This document shows, piece by piece, positions 41,871 through 54,000 of a stretch of 64,000 nucleotides of DNA. The DNA lies in the NCBI GenBank assembly GCA_964016885.1, contig OZ024752.1, forward strand, positions 16,616,001 to 16,680,000. Reading direction: 5' to 3'. The translations under genes and the position numbers were made by a program. The DNA is from Eledone cirrhosa (lineage: Eukaryota). Within the stretch, counting starts at the first letter, position 1. Each line of letters opens with the position of its first letter. The notes below the pieces were generated by a model. The model made no database searches and had not been told where the DNA came from. It saw nothing but the letters and a program-made list of their open reading frames with translations.

Positions 41871-41925
41871 AAATATAATAATAAAGGGGAAAGAATTTGG
41901 ATTACAAAATTTGTAGTTAAATTAT

Positions 41926-42106
41926 TTGTTTCTACTTTTGGCACAAGGCCATCAATTACCCAGTGCATTACTGGTACTTTATTTTATCGACCCCGTAAGG
42001 ATGAAAGGCAAAGTCAACCTCGGCGGGATTTGAACTCAGATCATACAGGGAGGTAACTCTATGCTTCAAAGCATGGCGTCCGACCCTCTACCGATACTGC
42101 CAATCC
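41926..42106 (-). mobile_element. Near full-length SINE, right arm only
   Basis: TSD AGTTAAATTAT at 41915 and 42107. B-box GAGTTCAAATCC on the minus strand. Empty site near 34540-34551. Confidence 0.88.
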
Positions 42107-42779
42107 AGTTAAATTATCTTTGTTTATTTATAATTATATTTTGAAATTATATGAGTGGAAAAGTATTTAATAATTGTTAAGGTTTTTTTTAAAAATATAT
42201 AGTTGAGTAGGTTATGAGATAAATTATTTATTTCAAAAGAAGGGAAGTAATTATCTATGTCAAATTTATCAATTCAACAATCTTATTTAAGTAGTTAATA
42301 TATGTAAAGCAGGGACTATTAAATCTTTGTGTAAATATTTAGAAAGAAAAATGTATGCATTGTAGCCAAATTTATCAATTTATATTAAATTTACTTTATT
42401 TAGATACAACCTAAAGTTAAAGTAGCTGAAAAATTGGAACGAAGGAAGGTTATAACAGAGAAAAATAACGGAGGAAAAAATTAGTTAACTTATTTTGTCG
42501 TATAATCTAGATTTAAAAAACCTGTGGCGGTGATTATGCCACCTTTCTTTATCCTTACTGCTAGAAAGACTCTTATTGATTTTAATGGACTAGAGCTGAT
42601 AGACCTGGAATAAGACATGTTCAAAAGAGAAGACAAGAGATTTAGTACTGCTTTATCTGAATTAATTTGGTCACTTAAAAATAATAATATAGAATATTCT
42701 CTTTATTTCGTGGTGTGTGTGTGTGTTTGTGTGTTTGTGTGTGTGTATGTGTGAGAGAAAGAGAATCTAATGGGGGTGA

Positions 42780-45017
42780 TTACATATTTAATTTTGGTTT
42801 AAATCTGTTAATAAATAGTTTTTCTTTATTTATTCCTTGTTGTTGAGTGAAAGAATCTGAGCACTTGTAAAGGGGGGAGATTTTAAAGTTGGGTAGAGTC
42901 ATTCCTACACAATCTGCAATGTGGCTACTTAAGGGGATTGTTCTCGTGTTTACGTCTCGGATTTACATCCGTTTAGTTGGGTCTGATACTATGGTGCATA
43001 TACGTTTGGCTAATTTTAAAAGAATGTTAAGTTTTGTATCTTTTGGGTGATTTGATGTGAAGAGGAGGTACTGTTTGGAGTACGTGGGTTTTTATTTCCC
43101 CATCTCTTTTTAAAATGAGGATATCCAAGAAGGCTAATTCCTTGGAGTTGTGTTCCATTGTGAACTGTATGTTATTGTTAATGTTGTTTATCATATTTTT
43201 GAAAACAGTGAGTTCAATCATGTCTTCGTGCCATAGTATAAAGCAATCGTCTAGGTATCTCTTCCAATTATTTTTGAATGTGTCTCCAAATCATAGAAGG
43301 GATTTGGTTGTAGATTTGTTGTTTGTCATGACTAAGTTGGCGTATGAGGGGCTACCTTTGTGTCCATTGCAGTACCTGATATCTGTCGGTATGTTGAATC
43401 ATTGAAAGTAAAATAATTATTCTGTAAGATAAATCGGAGTCCATCAAAAATAGTTTTTGTTGATACGTGTTGGTATTTCAGATTGGTGTGTGTCTAGCCA
43501 ATACTGGATTGCCGTTATTCCATAGTTTAGGGATATGTTAGTGTAAATGTTTACTACGTCAAAGGAGACAAGAATATTGTCTTCACTTACTATTTTGGGT
43601 AGGTAGTTCAGCATATCAAGGTCATCTCTGCATATGTTTTAGGAATGTTGTAGGATGTCCAGGAAGTTGCTAAGTCTGTGAGTTTCACACGCAGGGCCTG
43701 CAATAATTGGTCTGAGTTTTAAGTCTTCTGGTTGTGTTAATTGTATGTATTTGTTAGCCGAACTGTCACATGCATCGTTTATGAGTTTATATTAGTGGAT
43801 CTTCGGTAAGCCTAGACAGCACTTGTTTTACATTTGAAATGGCTTATGTATTCAAATTCTGTTGTAGTTAATTTATTGCGATATTTTTCTAGTAATGGCA
43901 GAATCCGCATTGTTTTATTTTAAAGTTTTCTGTTTTTTTAGTAGTATTTGTTGTCGTCTAAGATTTTAAGTGCCAGGTCCCTATAGTAGTTAGTGTCCAT
44001 AATGACCACAGTGCTCCCTTTATCGGCTTTTTTGATGATTATTTCAGTGTTATCTCGAAGTGTGAATAATTCTTTCCATTCGTGTTTAGAGAGGTTCGAT
44101 TTAGTGTGTTTATTTGTAATTTGTTCATAGGGAAAGTTGATGGTGCGTTCGCAGTAGGTGTCCAGTGTTATGTTCCCTCCTTTCTGTGGGCAGAAATCAC
44201 TTTTGTTTCTGACTATTGATTCGTCTTCAGTGTTGGTGTCATTGCAGAAGTATTCTATTAGTCTGAGTTTTCGGCAGAATTCCATGATACCATTTTTCAT
44301 TTCGGGGAAGTTCGATTTTTGTGGTGTGGGTGTAGATTTCAGTCCCTTACTTAATACGTTAATTTGTGTGTTAGTGATATCTTTGAAAGGTTAATTATCT
44401 TAGGTTTCTCATAAATGGGGGCCATCGGGTGTCCAGGTATTTCAGTATTTTTTCTAAAAAAGGAAAATTATTTTGGGTGTAATTGTAGTCTGCTTGTCAG
44501 TTTGTTTTTTTCATGAGAGTTAATGAGGTGATGAGGGTGGTATCTGTTGTAGTTATAATTATGTAAGAGTTCTGTTATGGGTTCATGTACTCTGGGTGGA
44601 TTCTTTCTGGGATACATAGTGTTGATGTTGTGGGGTTGTTTTTGTAGTGTTGGAGGTGATACCTGTTGTAGTTGTTAATGTGGGAAAGTTTTGTTGGGAT
44701 TTCATGCGGTCTGGGTGGATTTCTTCTGAAGTGTATGGTGTTTGTATTGTGGGTTAGTTATATGTTGTTTTAGGGTTGGTTTCTGTAGGAGATATTTTTG
44801 TGGATATCTATGTTGTAGTGGTTGGATATGTTTCTTCTACTGTAGTTGGTTGTAGTTGTTCTGTGTTGAGTGTGGTTTTGTCTGGGGTTTATGCGTGTTG
44901 GGGTTGGTGGAGTATCTGCAGATTTCTCATTAGTTCTGCATAAACATTCTCCTTTCCGCTAATCTTTAATATCATATTGGCATTTTCTGGACAGCTAACT
45001 TCCACTACTGTGGAAGT
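42780..45017 (-). pseudogene. Neptune-type Penelope-like element with N-terminal region and RT, and an internal deletion of ~540 bp
   Basis: A Thr-rich N-terminus, then LSKGLKSTPTP, EFCRKLRLIEYF, IIIKKADKGSTVVIMD, LPKIH, LRPIIAGP, LVSFDVVNIYTNI and WKRYLDDCF. It lacks the segment present at ~33058-33596 in the left copy. Confidence 0.9.
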
Positions 45018-48000
45018 TAGGGGAAGGATCACTCTGATGTCAGTCATGTGTGGTAGTCTGTCTAGGGGAAGGATCACTCTGATGTCAGCCGTGTGTGGTA
45101 GTCTGTCTAGGGGAAGGATCACTCTGATGTCAGCTGTGTGTGGTAGTCTGTGTAGGGGAAGGATCACTCTGATGTCAGCTGTGTGTGGTAGTCTGTCTAA
45201 GGGAAGGATCACTCTGATGTCAGCCGTGTGTGGTAGTCTGTTATGGGAAGGATCACTCTGATGTCAGCCGTGTGTGGTAGTCTGTTATGGGAAGGATCAT
45301 TCCGATGTCAGCCGTGTGTGGTAGTCTGTCTAGGGGAAGGATCACTCTGATGTCAGCCGTGTGTGGTAGTCTGTCTAGGTGAAGGATCACTCTGATGTCA
45401 GCCAAGTGTGGTAGTCTGTCTAGGGGAAGGATCACTCTGATGTCAGCCGTGTGTGGTAGCCTGTTATGGGAAGGATCACTCTGATGTCAGCCGTGTCTGG
45501 TAGTCTGACTAGGTGAAGGATCACTCTGATGTCAGTCGTGTATGGTAGTCTGTCTAGGTGAAGGATCACTCTGATGTCAGCCGTGTGTGGTAGTCTGTCT
45601 AAGGGAAGGATCACTCTGATGTCAGCGTGTGTGGTAGTCTGTCTAAGGGAAGGATCACTCTGATGTCAGCCGTGTGTGGTAGTCTGTCTAGGTGAAGGAT
45701 CACTCTGATGTAAGCCGTGTGTGGTAGTCTGTCTAAGGGAAGTATCACTCTGATGTCAGCCAAGTGTGGTAGTCTGTCTAGGTGAAGGATCACTCTGATG
45801 TCAGTCGTGTTTGGTAGTCTGTCTAGGTGAAGGATCACTCTGATGTCAGCCGTGTGTGGTAGTCTGTCTAGGGGAAGGATCACTCTGATGTCAGCCGTGT
45901 GTGGTAGTCTGTCTAAAGGAAGGATCACTCTGATGTCAGCCGTGTGTGGTAGTCTGTCTAGGGGAAGGATCACTCTGATGTCAGCCAAGTGTGGTAGTCT
46001 GTCTAGGGGAAGGATCACTCTGATGTCAGCCGTGTGTGGCAGTCTGTTATGAGAAGGATCACTCTGATGTCAGCCGTGTGTGGTACTCTGTCTAGGGGAA
46101 GGATCACTCTGATGTCAGCTGTGTGTGGTAGTCTGTCTAGGGGAAGGATCACTCTGATGTCAGCCGTGTGTGGTAGTCTGTCTAGGGGAAGGATCACTCT
46201 GATGTCAGCCAAGTGTGGTAGTCTGTCTAGGGGAAGGATCACTCTGATGTCAGTCGTCTGTGGTAGTCTGTCTAGGTGAAGGATCACTCTGATGTAAGCG
46301 TGTGTGGTAGTCTGTCTAAGGGAAGGATCACTCTGATGTCAGCCGTGTGTGGTAGTCTGTCTAGGGGAAGGATCACTCTGATGTCAGCCGTGTGTGGTAG
46401 TCTGTCTAGGGGAAGGTTCACTCTGATGTCAGCCGTGTGTGGTAGTCTGTCTAGGGGAAGGATCACTCTGATGTCAGCCGTGTGTGGTAGTCTGTCAAGG
46501 GGAAGGATCACTCTGATGTGAGCCGTGTGTGGTAGTCTGTCTAGGTGAAGGATCACTCTGATGTCAGCTGTGTGTGGTAGTCTGTCTAGGGGAAGGATCA
46601 CTCTGATGTCAGCCATGTGTGGTAGTCTGTCTAGGGGAAGGATCACTCTGATGTCAGCCACGTGTGGTAGTCTGTCTAGGTGAAGGATCACTCTGATGTC
46701 AGCCGTGTGTGGTAGTCTGTTATGGGAACGATCACTCTGATGTTAGCCGTGTGTGGTAGTCTGTTATGGGAAGGATCACTCTGATGTCAGCTGTGTGTGG
46801 TAGTCTGTTATGGGAAGGATCACTCTGATGTCAGCCGTGTGTGGTAGTCTGTTATGGGAAGGATCACTCTGATGTCAGCCAAGTATGGTAGTCTGTCTAG
46901 GGGAAGGATCACTCTGATGTCACCCGTGTGTGGTAGTCTGTTATGGGAAGGATCACTCTGATGTCAGCGTGTGTGATTGTCTGTTATGGGAAGGATCACT
47001 CTGATGTCAGCCAAGTGTGGTAGTCTGTCTAGGGGAAGGATCACTCTGATGTCAGCCGCGTGTGGTAGTCTGTCTAGGTTAAGGATCACTATGATGTCAG
47101 CCAAGTGTGGTAGTCTGTCTAGGGGAAGGATCACTCTGATGTCAGCCGTGTGTGGTAGTCTGTTATGGGAAGGATCACTCCGATGTCAGCCGTGTGTGGT
47201 AGTCTGTTATGGGAAGGATCACTCTGATGTCAGCTGTGTGTGGTAGTCTGTTATGGGAAGGATCACTCCGATGTCAGCCGTGTGTGGTAGTCTGTCTAGG
47301 TGAAGGATCACACTGATGTCAGCCAAGTGTGGTAGTCTGTCTAGGGGAAGGATCACTCTGATGTCATCCGTGTGTGGTAGTCTGTTATGGGAAGGATCAC
47401 TATGATGTCAGCCGTGTGTGGTAGTCTGTCTAGGTGAAGGATCACTCTGATGTCAGTCGTGTGTGGTAGTCTGTTATGGGAAGGATCACTCTGATATCAG
47501 CCGTGTGTGGTAGTCTGTCTAGGGGAAGGATCACTCTGATGTCAGCCAAGTGTGGTAGTCTGTCTAGGGGAAGGATCACTCTGATGTCAGCCGTGTGTGG
47601 TAGTCTGTCTAGGTGAAGGATCACACTGATGTCAGCCGTGTGTGGTAGTCTGTCTAGGGGAAGGATCACTCTGATGTCAGCCGTGTGTGGTAGTCTGTCT
47701 AGGTGAAGGATCACTCTGATGTCATCCGTGTGTGGTAGTCTGTTATGGGAAGGATCACTCTGATGTCAGCCGTGTGTGGTAGTCTGTTATGGGAAGGATC
47801 ACTCTGATGTCAGCCAAGTGTGGTAGTCTGTCTAGGGGAAGGATCACTCTGATGTCAGCCGTGTGTGGTAGTCTGTTATGGGAAGGATCATTCTGATGTC
47901 AGCTGTGTGTGGTAGTCTGTTATGGGAAGGATCACTCTGATGTCAGCTGTGTGTGGTAGTCTGTTATGGGAAGGATCACTCTGATGTCAGCAGTGTGTGG

Positions 48001-51000
48001 TAGTCTGTTATGGGAAGGATCACTCTGATGTCAGCCAAGTGTGGTAGTGTGTCTAGGGGAAGGATCACTCTGATGTCAGCCGTGTGTGGTAGTCTGTTAT
48101 GGGAAGGATCACTCTGATGTCAGCGTGTGTGGTAGTCTGTTATGGGAAGGATCACTCTGATGTCAGCCAAGTGTGGTAGTCTGTCTAAGGGAAGGATCAC
48201 TCTGATGTCAGCCGTGTGTGGTAGTCTGTTATGGGAAGGATCACTCTGATGTCAGCCGTGTGTGGTAGTCTGTTATGGGAAGGATCACTCCGATGTCAGC
48301 CGTGTGTGGTAGTCTGTCTAGGGGAAGGATCACTCTGATGTCAGCCGCGTGTGGTAGTCTGTCTAGGTGAAGGATCACTCTGATGTCAGCCAAGTGTGGT
48401 AGTCTGTCTAGGGGAAGGATCACTCTGATGTCAGCCGTGTGTGGTAGTCTGTCTAAGGGAAGGATCACTCTGATGTCAGCGTGTGTGGTAGTCTGTCTAA
48501 GGGAAGGATCACTCTGATGTCAGCCGTGTGTGGTAGTCTGTCTAGGTGAAGGATCACTCTGATGTAAGCCGTGTGTGGTAGTCTGTCTAAGGGAAGTATC
48601 ACTCTGATGTCAGTCATGTGTGGTAGTCTGTTATGGGAAGGATCACTCTGATGTCAGCCGTGTGTGGTAGTCTGTCTAGGGGAAGGATCACTCTGATGTC
48701 AGCTGTGTGTGGCAGTCTGTCTAGGGGAAGGATCACTCTGATGTCAGCCGTGTGTTGTAGTCTCTCTAGGGAAAGGATCACTCTGATATCAGCTGTGTGT
48801 GGTAGTCTGTCTAGGGGAAGGATCACTCTGATGTGAGCCGTGTGTGGTAGTCTGTCTAGGTGAAGGATCACTCTGATGTCAGCTGTGTGTGGTAGTCTGT
48901 CTAGGGGAAGGATCACTCTGATGTCAGCCATGTGTGGTAGTCTGTCTAGGGGAAGGATCACTCTGATGTCAGCCACGTGTGGTAGTCTGTCTAGGTGAAG
49001 GATCACTCTGATGTCAGCCGTGTGTGGTAGTCTGTTATGGGAAGGATCACTCTGATGTTAGCTGTGTGTGGTAGTCTGTTATGGGAAGGATCACTCTGAT
49101 GTCAGCTGTGTGTGGTAGTCTGTTATGGGAAGGATCACTCTGATGTCAGCCGTGTGTGGTAGTCTGTTATGGGAAGGATCACTCTGATGTCAGCCAAGTG
49201 TGGTAGTCTGTCTAGGGGAAGGATCACTCTGATGTCACCCGTGTGTGGTAGTCTGTTATGGGAAGGATCACTCTGATGTCAGCGTGTGTGGTAGTCTGTT
49301 ATGGGAAGGATCACTCTGATGTCAGCCAAGTGTGGTAGTCTGTCTAAGGGAAGGATCACTCTGATGTCAGCCGTGTGTGGTAGTCTGTTATGGGAAGGAT
49401 CACTCTGATGTCAGCCGTGTGTGGTAGTCTGTTATGGGAAGGTTCACTCCGATGTCAGCCGTGTGTGGTAGTCTGTCTAGGGGAAGGATCACTCTGATGT
49501 CAGCCGTGTGTGGTAGTCTGTCTAGGTGAAGGATCACTCTGATGTCAGCCAAGTGTGGTAGTCTGTCTAGGGGAAGGATCACTCTGATGTCAGCCGTGTG
49601 TGGTAGTCTGTTATGGGAAGGATCACTCTGATGTCAGCCGTGTGTGGTAGTCTGTCTAGGTGAAGGATCACTCTGATGTCAGTCGTGTATGGTAGTCTGT
49701 CTAGGTGAAGGATCACTCTGATGTCAGCCGTGTGTGGTAGTCTGTCTAAGGGAAGGATCACTCTGATGTCAGCGTGTGTGGTAGTCTGTCTAAGGGAAGG
49801 ATCACTCTGATGTCAGCCGTGTGTGGTAGTCTGTCTACGTGAAGGATCACTCTGATGTAAGCCGTGTGTGGTAGTCTGTCTAAGGGAAGTATCACTCCGA
49901 TGTCAGTCATGTGTGGTAGTCTGTTATGGGAAGGATCACTCTGATGTCAGCCGTGTGTAGTAGTCTGTCTAGGGGAAGGATCACTCTGATGTCTGATATC
50001 AGCCGTGTGTGGTAGTCTGTCTAGGGGAAGGATCACTCTGATGTCAGCTGTGTGTGGCAGTCTGTCTAGGGGAAGGATCACTCTGATGTCAGCCGTGTGT
50101 TGTAGTCTGTCTAGGGGAAAGATCACTCTGATGTCAGCCGTGTCTGGTAGTACGTCTAGGGGAAGGATCACTCTGATGTCAGCCATGTGTGGTAGTCTGT
50201 CTAGGGGAATGATCACTCTGATGTCAGCCAAGTGTGGTAGTCTGTCTAGGGGTAGGATCACTCTGATGTCAGTCATGTGTGGTAGTCTGTCTAGGGGAAG
50301 GATCACTCTGATGTCAGCCGTGTGTGGTAGTCTGTCTAGGGGAAGGATCACTCTGATGTCAGCCGTGTGTGGTAGTCTGTCTAGGGGAAGGATCACTCAG
50401 ATGTCAGCCGTGTGTGGTAGTCTGTCTAAGGGAAGGATCACTCTGATGTCAGCCGTGTGTGGTAGTCGGTCTAGGGGAAGGATCACTCTGATGTCAGCCG
50501 TGTGTGGTAGTCTGTCTAGGGGAAGGTTCACTCTGATGTCAGCCGTGTGTGGTAGTCTGTCTAGGTGAAGGATCACTCTGATGTCAGCTGTGTGTGGTAG
50601 TCTGTCTAGGGGAAGGATCACTCTGATGTCAGCCATGTGTGGTAGTCTGTTATGGGAAGGATCACTCTGATGTTAGCTGTGTGTGGTAGTCTGTTATGGG
50701 AAGGATCACTCTGATGTCAGCTGTGTGTGGTAGTCTGTTATGGGAAGGATCACTCTGATGTCAGCCGTGTGTGGTAGTCTGTAATGGGAAGGATCACTCT
50801 GATGTCAGCCAAGTGTGGTAGTCTGTCTAGGGGAAGGATCACTCTGATGTCACCCGTGTGTGGTAGTCTGTTATGGGAAGGATCACTCTGATGTCAGCGT
50901 GTGTGGTAGTCTGTTATGGGAAGGATCACTCTGATGTCAGCCGCGTGTGGTAGTCTGTTATGGGAAGGATCACTCTGATGTCAGCCGTGTGTGGTAGTCT

Positions 51001-54000
51001 GTTATGGGAAGGATCATTCCGATGTCAGCCGTGTGTGGTAGTCTGTCTAGGGGAAGGATCACTCTGATGTCAGCCGTGTGTGGTAGTCTGTCTAGGTTAA
51101 GGATCACTATGATGTCAGCCAAGTGTGGTAGTCTGTCTAAGGGAAGGATCACTCTGATGTCAGCCGTGTGTGGTAGTCTGTTATGGGAAGGATCACTCTG
51201 ATGTCAGCTGTGTTTGGTAGTCTGTTATGGGAAGGATCACTCCGATGTCAGCCGTGTGTGGTAGTCTGTCTAGGGGAAGGATTACTCTGATGTCAGCTGT
51301 GTGTGGTAGTCTGTTATGAGAAGGATCACTCTGATGTCAGCCGTGTGTGGTAGTCTGTTATGGGAAGGATCACTCTGATGTCAGCCGTGTGTGGTAGTCT
51401 GTTATGGGAAGGATCACTCTGATGTCAGCCAAGTGTGGTAGTATGTCTAGGGGAAGGATCACTCTGATGTCAGCCGTGTGTGGTAGTCTGTTATGGGAAG
51501 GATCATTCTGATGTCAGCTGTGTGTGGTAGTCTGTTATGGGAAGGATCACTCTGATGTCAGCTGTGTGTGGTAGTCTGTTATGGGAAGGATCACTCTGAT
51601 GTCAGCAGTGTGTGGTAGTCTGTTATGGGAAGGATCACTCTGATGTCAGCCAAGTGTGGTAGTGTGTCTAGGGGAAGGATCACTCTGATGTCAGCCGTGT
51701 GTGGTAGTCTGTTATGGGAAGGATCACTCTGATGTCAGCGTGTGTGGTAGTCTGTTATGGGAAGGATCACTCTGATGTCAGCCAAGTGTGGTAGTCTGTC
51801 TAAGGGAAGGATCACTCTGATGTCAGCCGTGTGTGGTAGTCTGTTATGGGAAGGATCACTCTGATGTCAGCCGTGTGTGGTAGTCTGTTATGGGAAGGAT
51901 CACTCCGATGTCAGCCGTGTGTGGTAGTCTGTCTAGGGGAAGGATCACTCTGATGTCAGCCGTGTGTGGTAGTCTGTCTAGGTGAAGGATCACTCTGATG
52001 TCAGCCAAGTGTGGTAGTCTGTCTAGGGGAAGGATCACTCTGATGTCAGCCGTGTGTGGTAGTCTGTTATGGGAAGGATCACTCTGATGTCAGCCGTGTG
52101 TGGTAGTCTGTCTAGGTGAAGGATCACTCTGATGTCAGTCGTGTATGGTAGTCTGTCTAGGTGAAGGATCACTCTGATGTCAGCCGTGTGTGGTAGTCTG
52201 TCTAAGGGAAGGATCACTCTGATGTCAGCGTGTGTGGTAGTCTGTCTAAGGGAAGGATCACTCTGATGTCAGCCGTGTGTGGTAGTCTGTCTAGGTGAAG
52301 GATCACTCTGATGTAAGCCGTGTGTGGTAGTCTGTCTAAGGGAAGTATCACTCTGATGTCAGTCATGTGTGGTAGTCTGTTATGGGAAGGATCACTCTGA
52401 TGTCAGCCGTGTGTAGTAGTCTGTCTAGGGGAAGGATCACTCTGATGTCTGATGTCAGCCGTGTGTGGTAGTCTGTCTAGGGGAAGGATCACTCAGATGT
52501 CAGCCGTGTGTGGTAGTCTGTCTAAGGGAAGGATCACTCTGATGTCAGCCGTGTGTGGTAGTCGGTCTAGGGGAAGGATCACTCTGATGTCAGCCGTGTG
52601 TGGTAGTCTGTCTAGGGGAAGGTTCACTCTGATGTCAGCCGTGTGTGGTAGTCTGTCTAGGTGAAGGATCACTCTGATGTCAGCTGTGTGTGGTAGTCTG
52701 TCTAGGGGAGGGATCACTCTGATGTCAGCCATGTGTGGTAGTCTGTCTAGGGGAAGGATCACTCTGATGTCAGCCACGTGTGGTAGTCTGTCTAGGTGAA
52801 GGATCACTCTGATGTCAGCCGTGTGTGGTAGTCTGTTATGGGAAGGATCACTCTGATGTTAGCTGTGTGTGGTAGTCTGTTATGGGAAGGATCACTCTGA
52901 TGTCAGCTGTGTGTGGTAGTCTGTTATGGGAAGGATCACTCTGATGTCAGCCGTGTGTGGTAGTCTGTAATGGGAAGGATCACTCTGATGTCAGCCAAGT
53001 GTGGTAGTCTGTCTAGGGGAAGGATCACTCTGATGTCACCCGTGTGTGGTAGTCTGTTATGGGAAGGATCACTCTGATGTCAGCGTGTGTGGTAGTCTGT
53101 TATGGGAAGGATCACTCTGATGTCAGCCAAGTGTGGTAGTCTGTCTAGGGGAAGGATCACTCTGATGTCAGCCGCGTGTGGTAGTCTGTTATGGGAAGGA
53201 TCACTCTGATGTCAGCCGTGTGTGGTAGTCTGTTATGGGAAGGATCACTCTGATGTCAGCCGTGTGTGGTAGTCTGTTATGGGAAGGATCACTCTGATGT
53301 AAGCTGTGTGTGGTAGTCTGTTATGGGAAGGATCACTCCGATGTCAGCCGTGTGTGGTAGTCTGTCTAGGTAAAGGATCACTCTGATGTCAGCCAAGTGT
53401 GGTAGTCTGTCTAGGGGAAGGATCACTCTGATGTCATCCGTGTGTGGTAGTCTGTTATGGGAAGGATCACTCTGATGTCAGTCGTGTGTGGTAGTCTGTC
53501 TAGGTGAAGGATCACTCTGATATCAGCCGTGTGTGGTAGTCTGTCTAGGGGAAGGATCACTCTGATGTCAGCCAAGTGTGGTAGTCTGTCTAGGGGAAGG
53601 ATCACTCTGATGTCAGCCGTGTGTGGTAGTCTGTCTAGGTGACGGATCACACTGATGTCAGCCGTGTGTGGTAGTCTGTCTAGGGGAAGGATCACTCTGA
53701 TGTCAGCCGTGTGTGGTAGTCTGTCTAGGTGAAGGATCACTCTGATGTCAGCCGTGTGTGGTAGTCTGTTATGGGAAGGATCACTCTGATGTCAGCCAAG
53801 TGTGGTAGTCTGTCTAGGGGAAGGATCACTCTGATGTCAGCCGTGTGTGGTAGTCTGTTATGGGAAGGATCATTCTGATGTCAGCTGTGTGTGGTAGTCT
53901 GTTATGGGAAGGATCACTCTGATGTCAGCTGTGTGTGGTAGTCTGTTATGGGAAGGATCACTCTGATGTCAGCAGTGTGTGGTAGTCTGTTATGGGAAGG

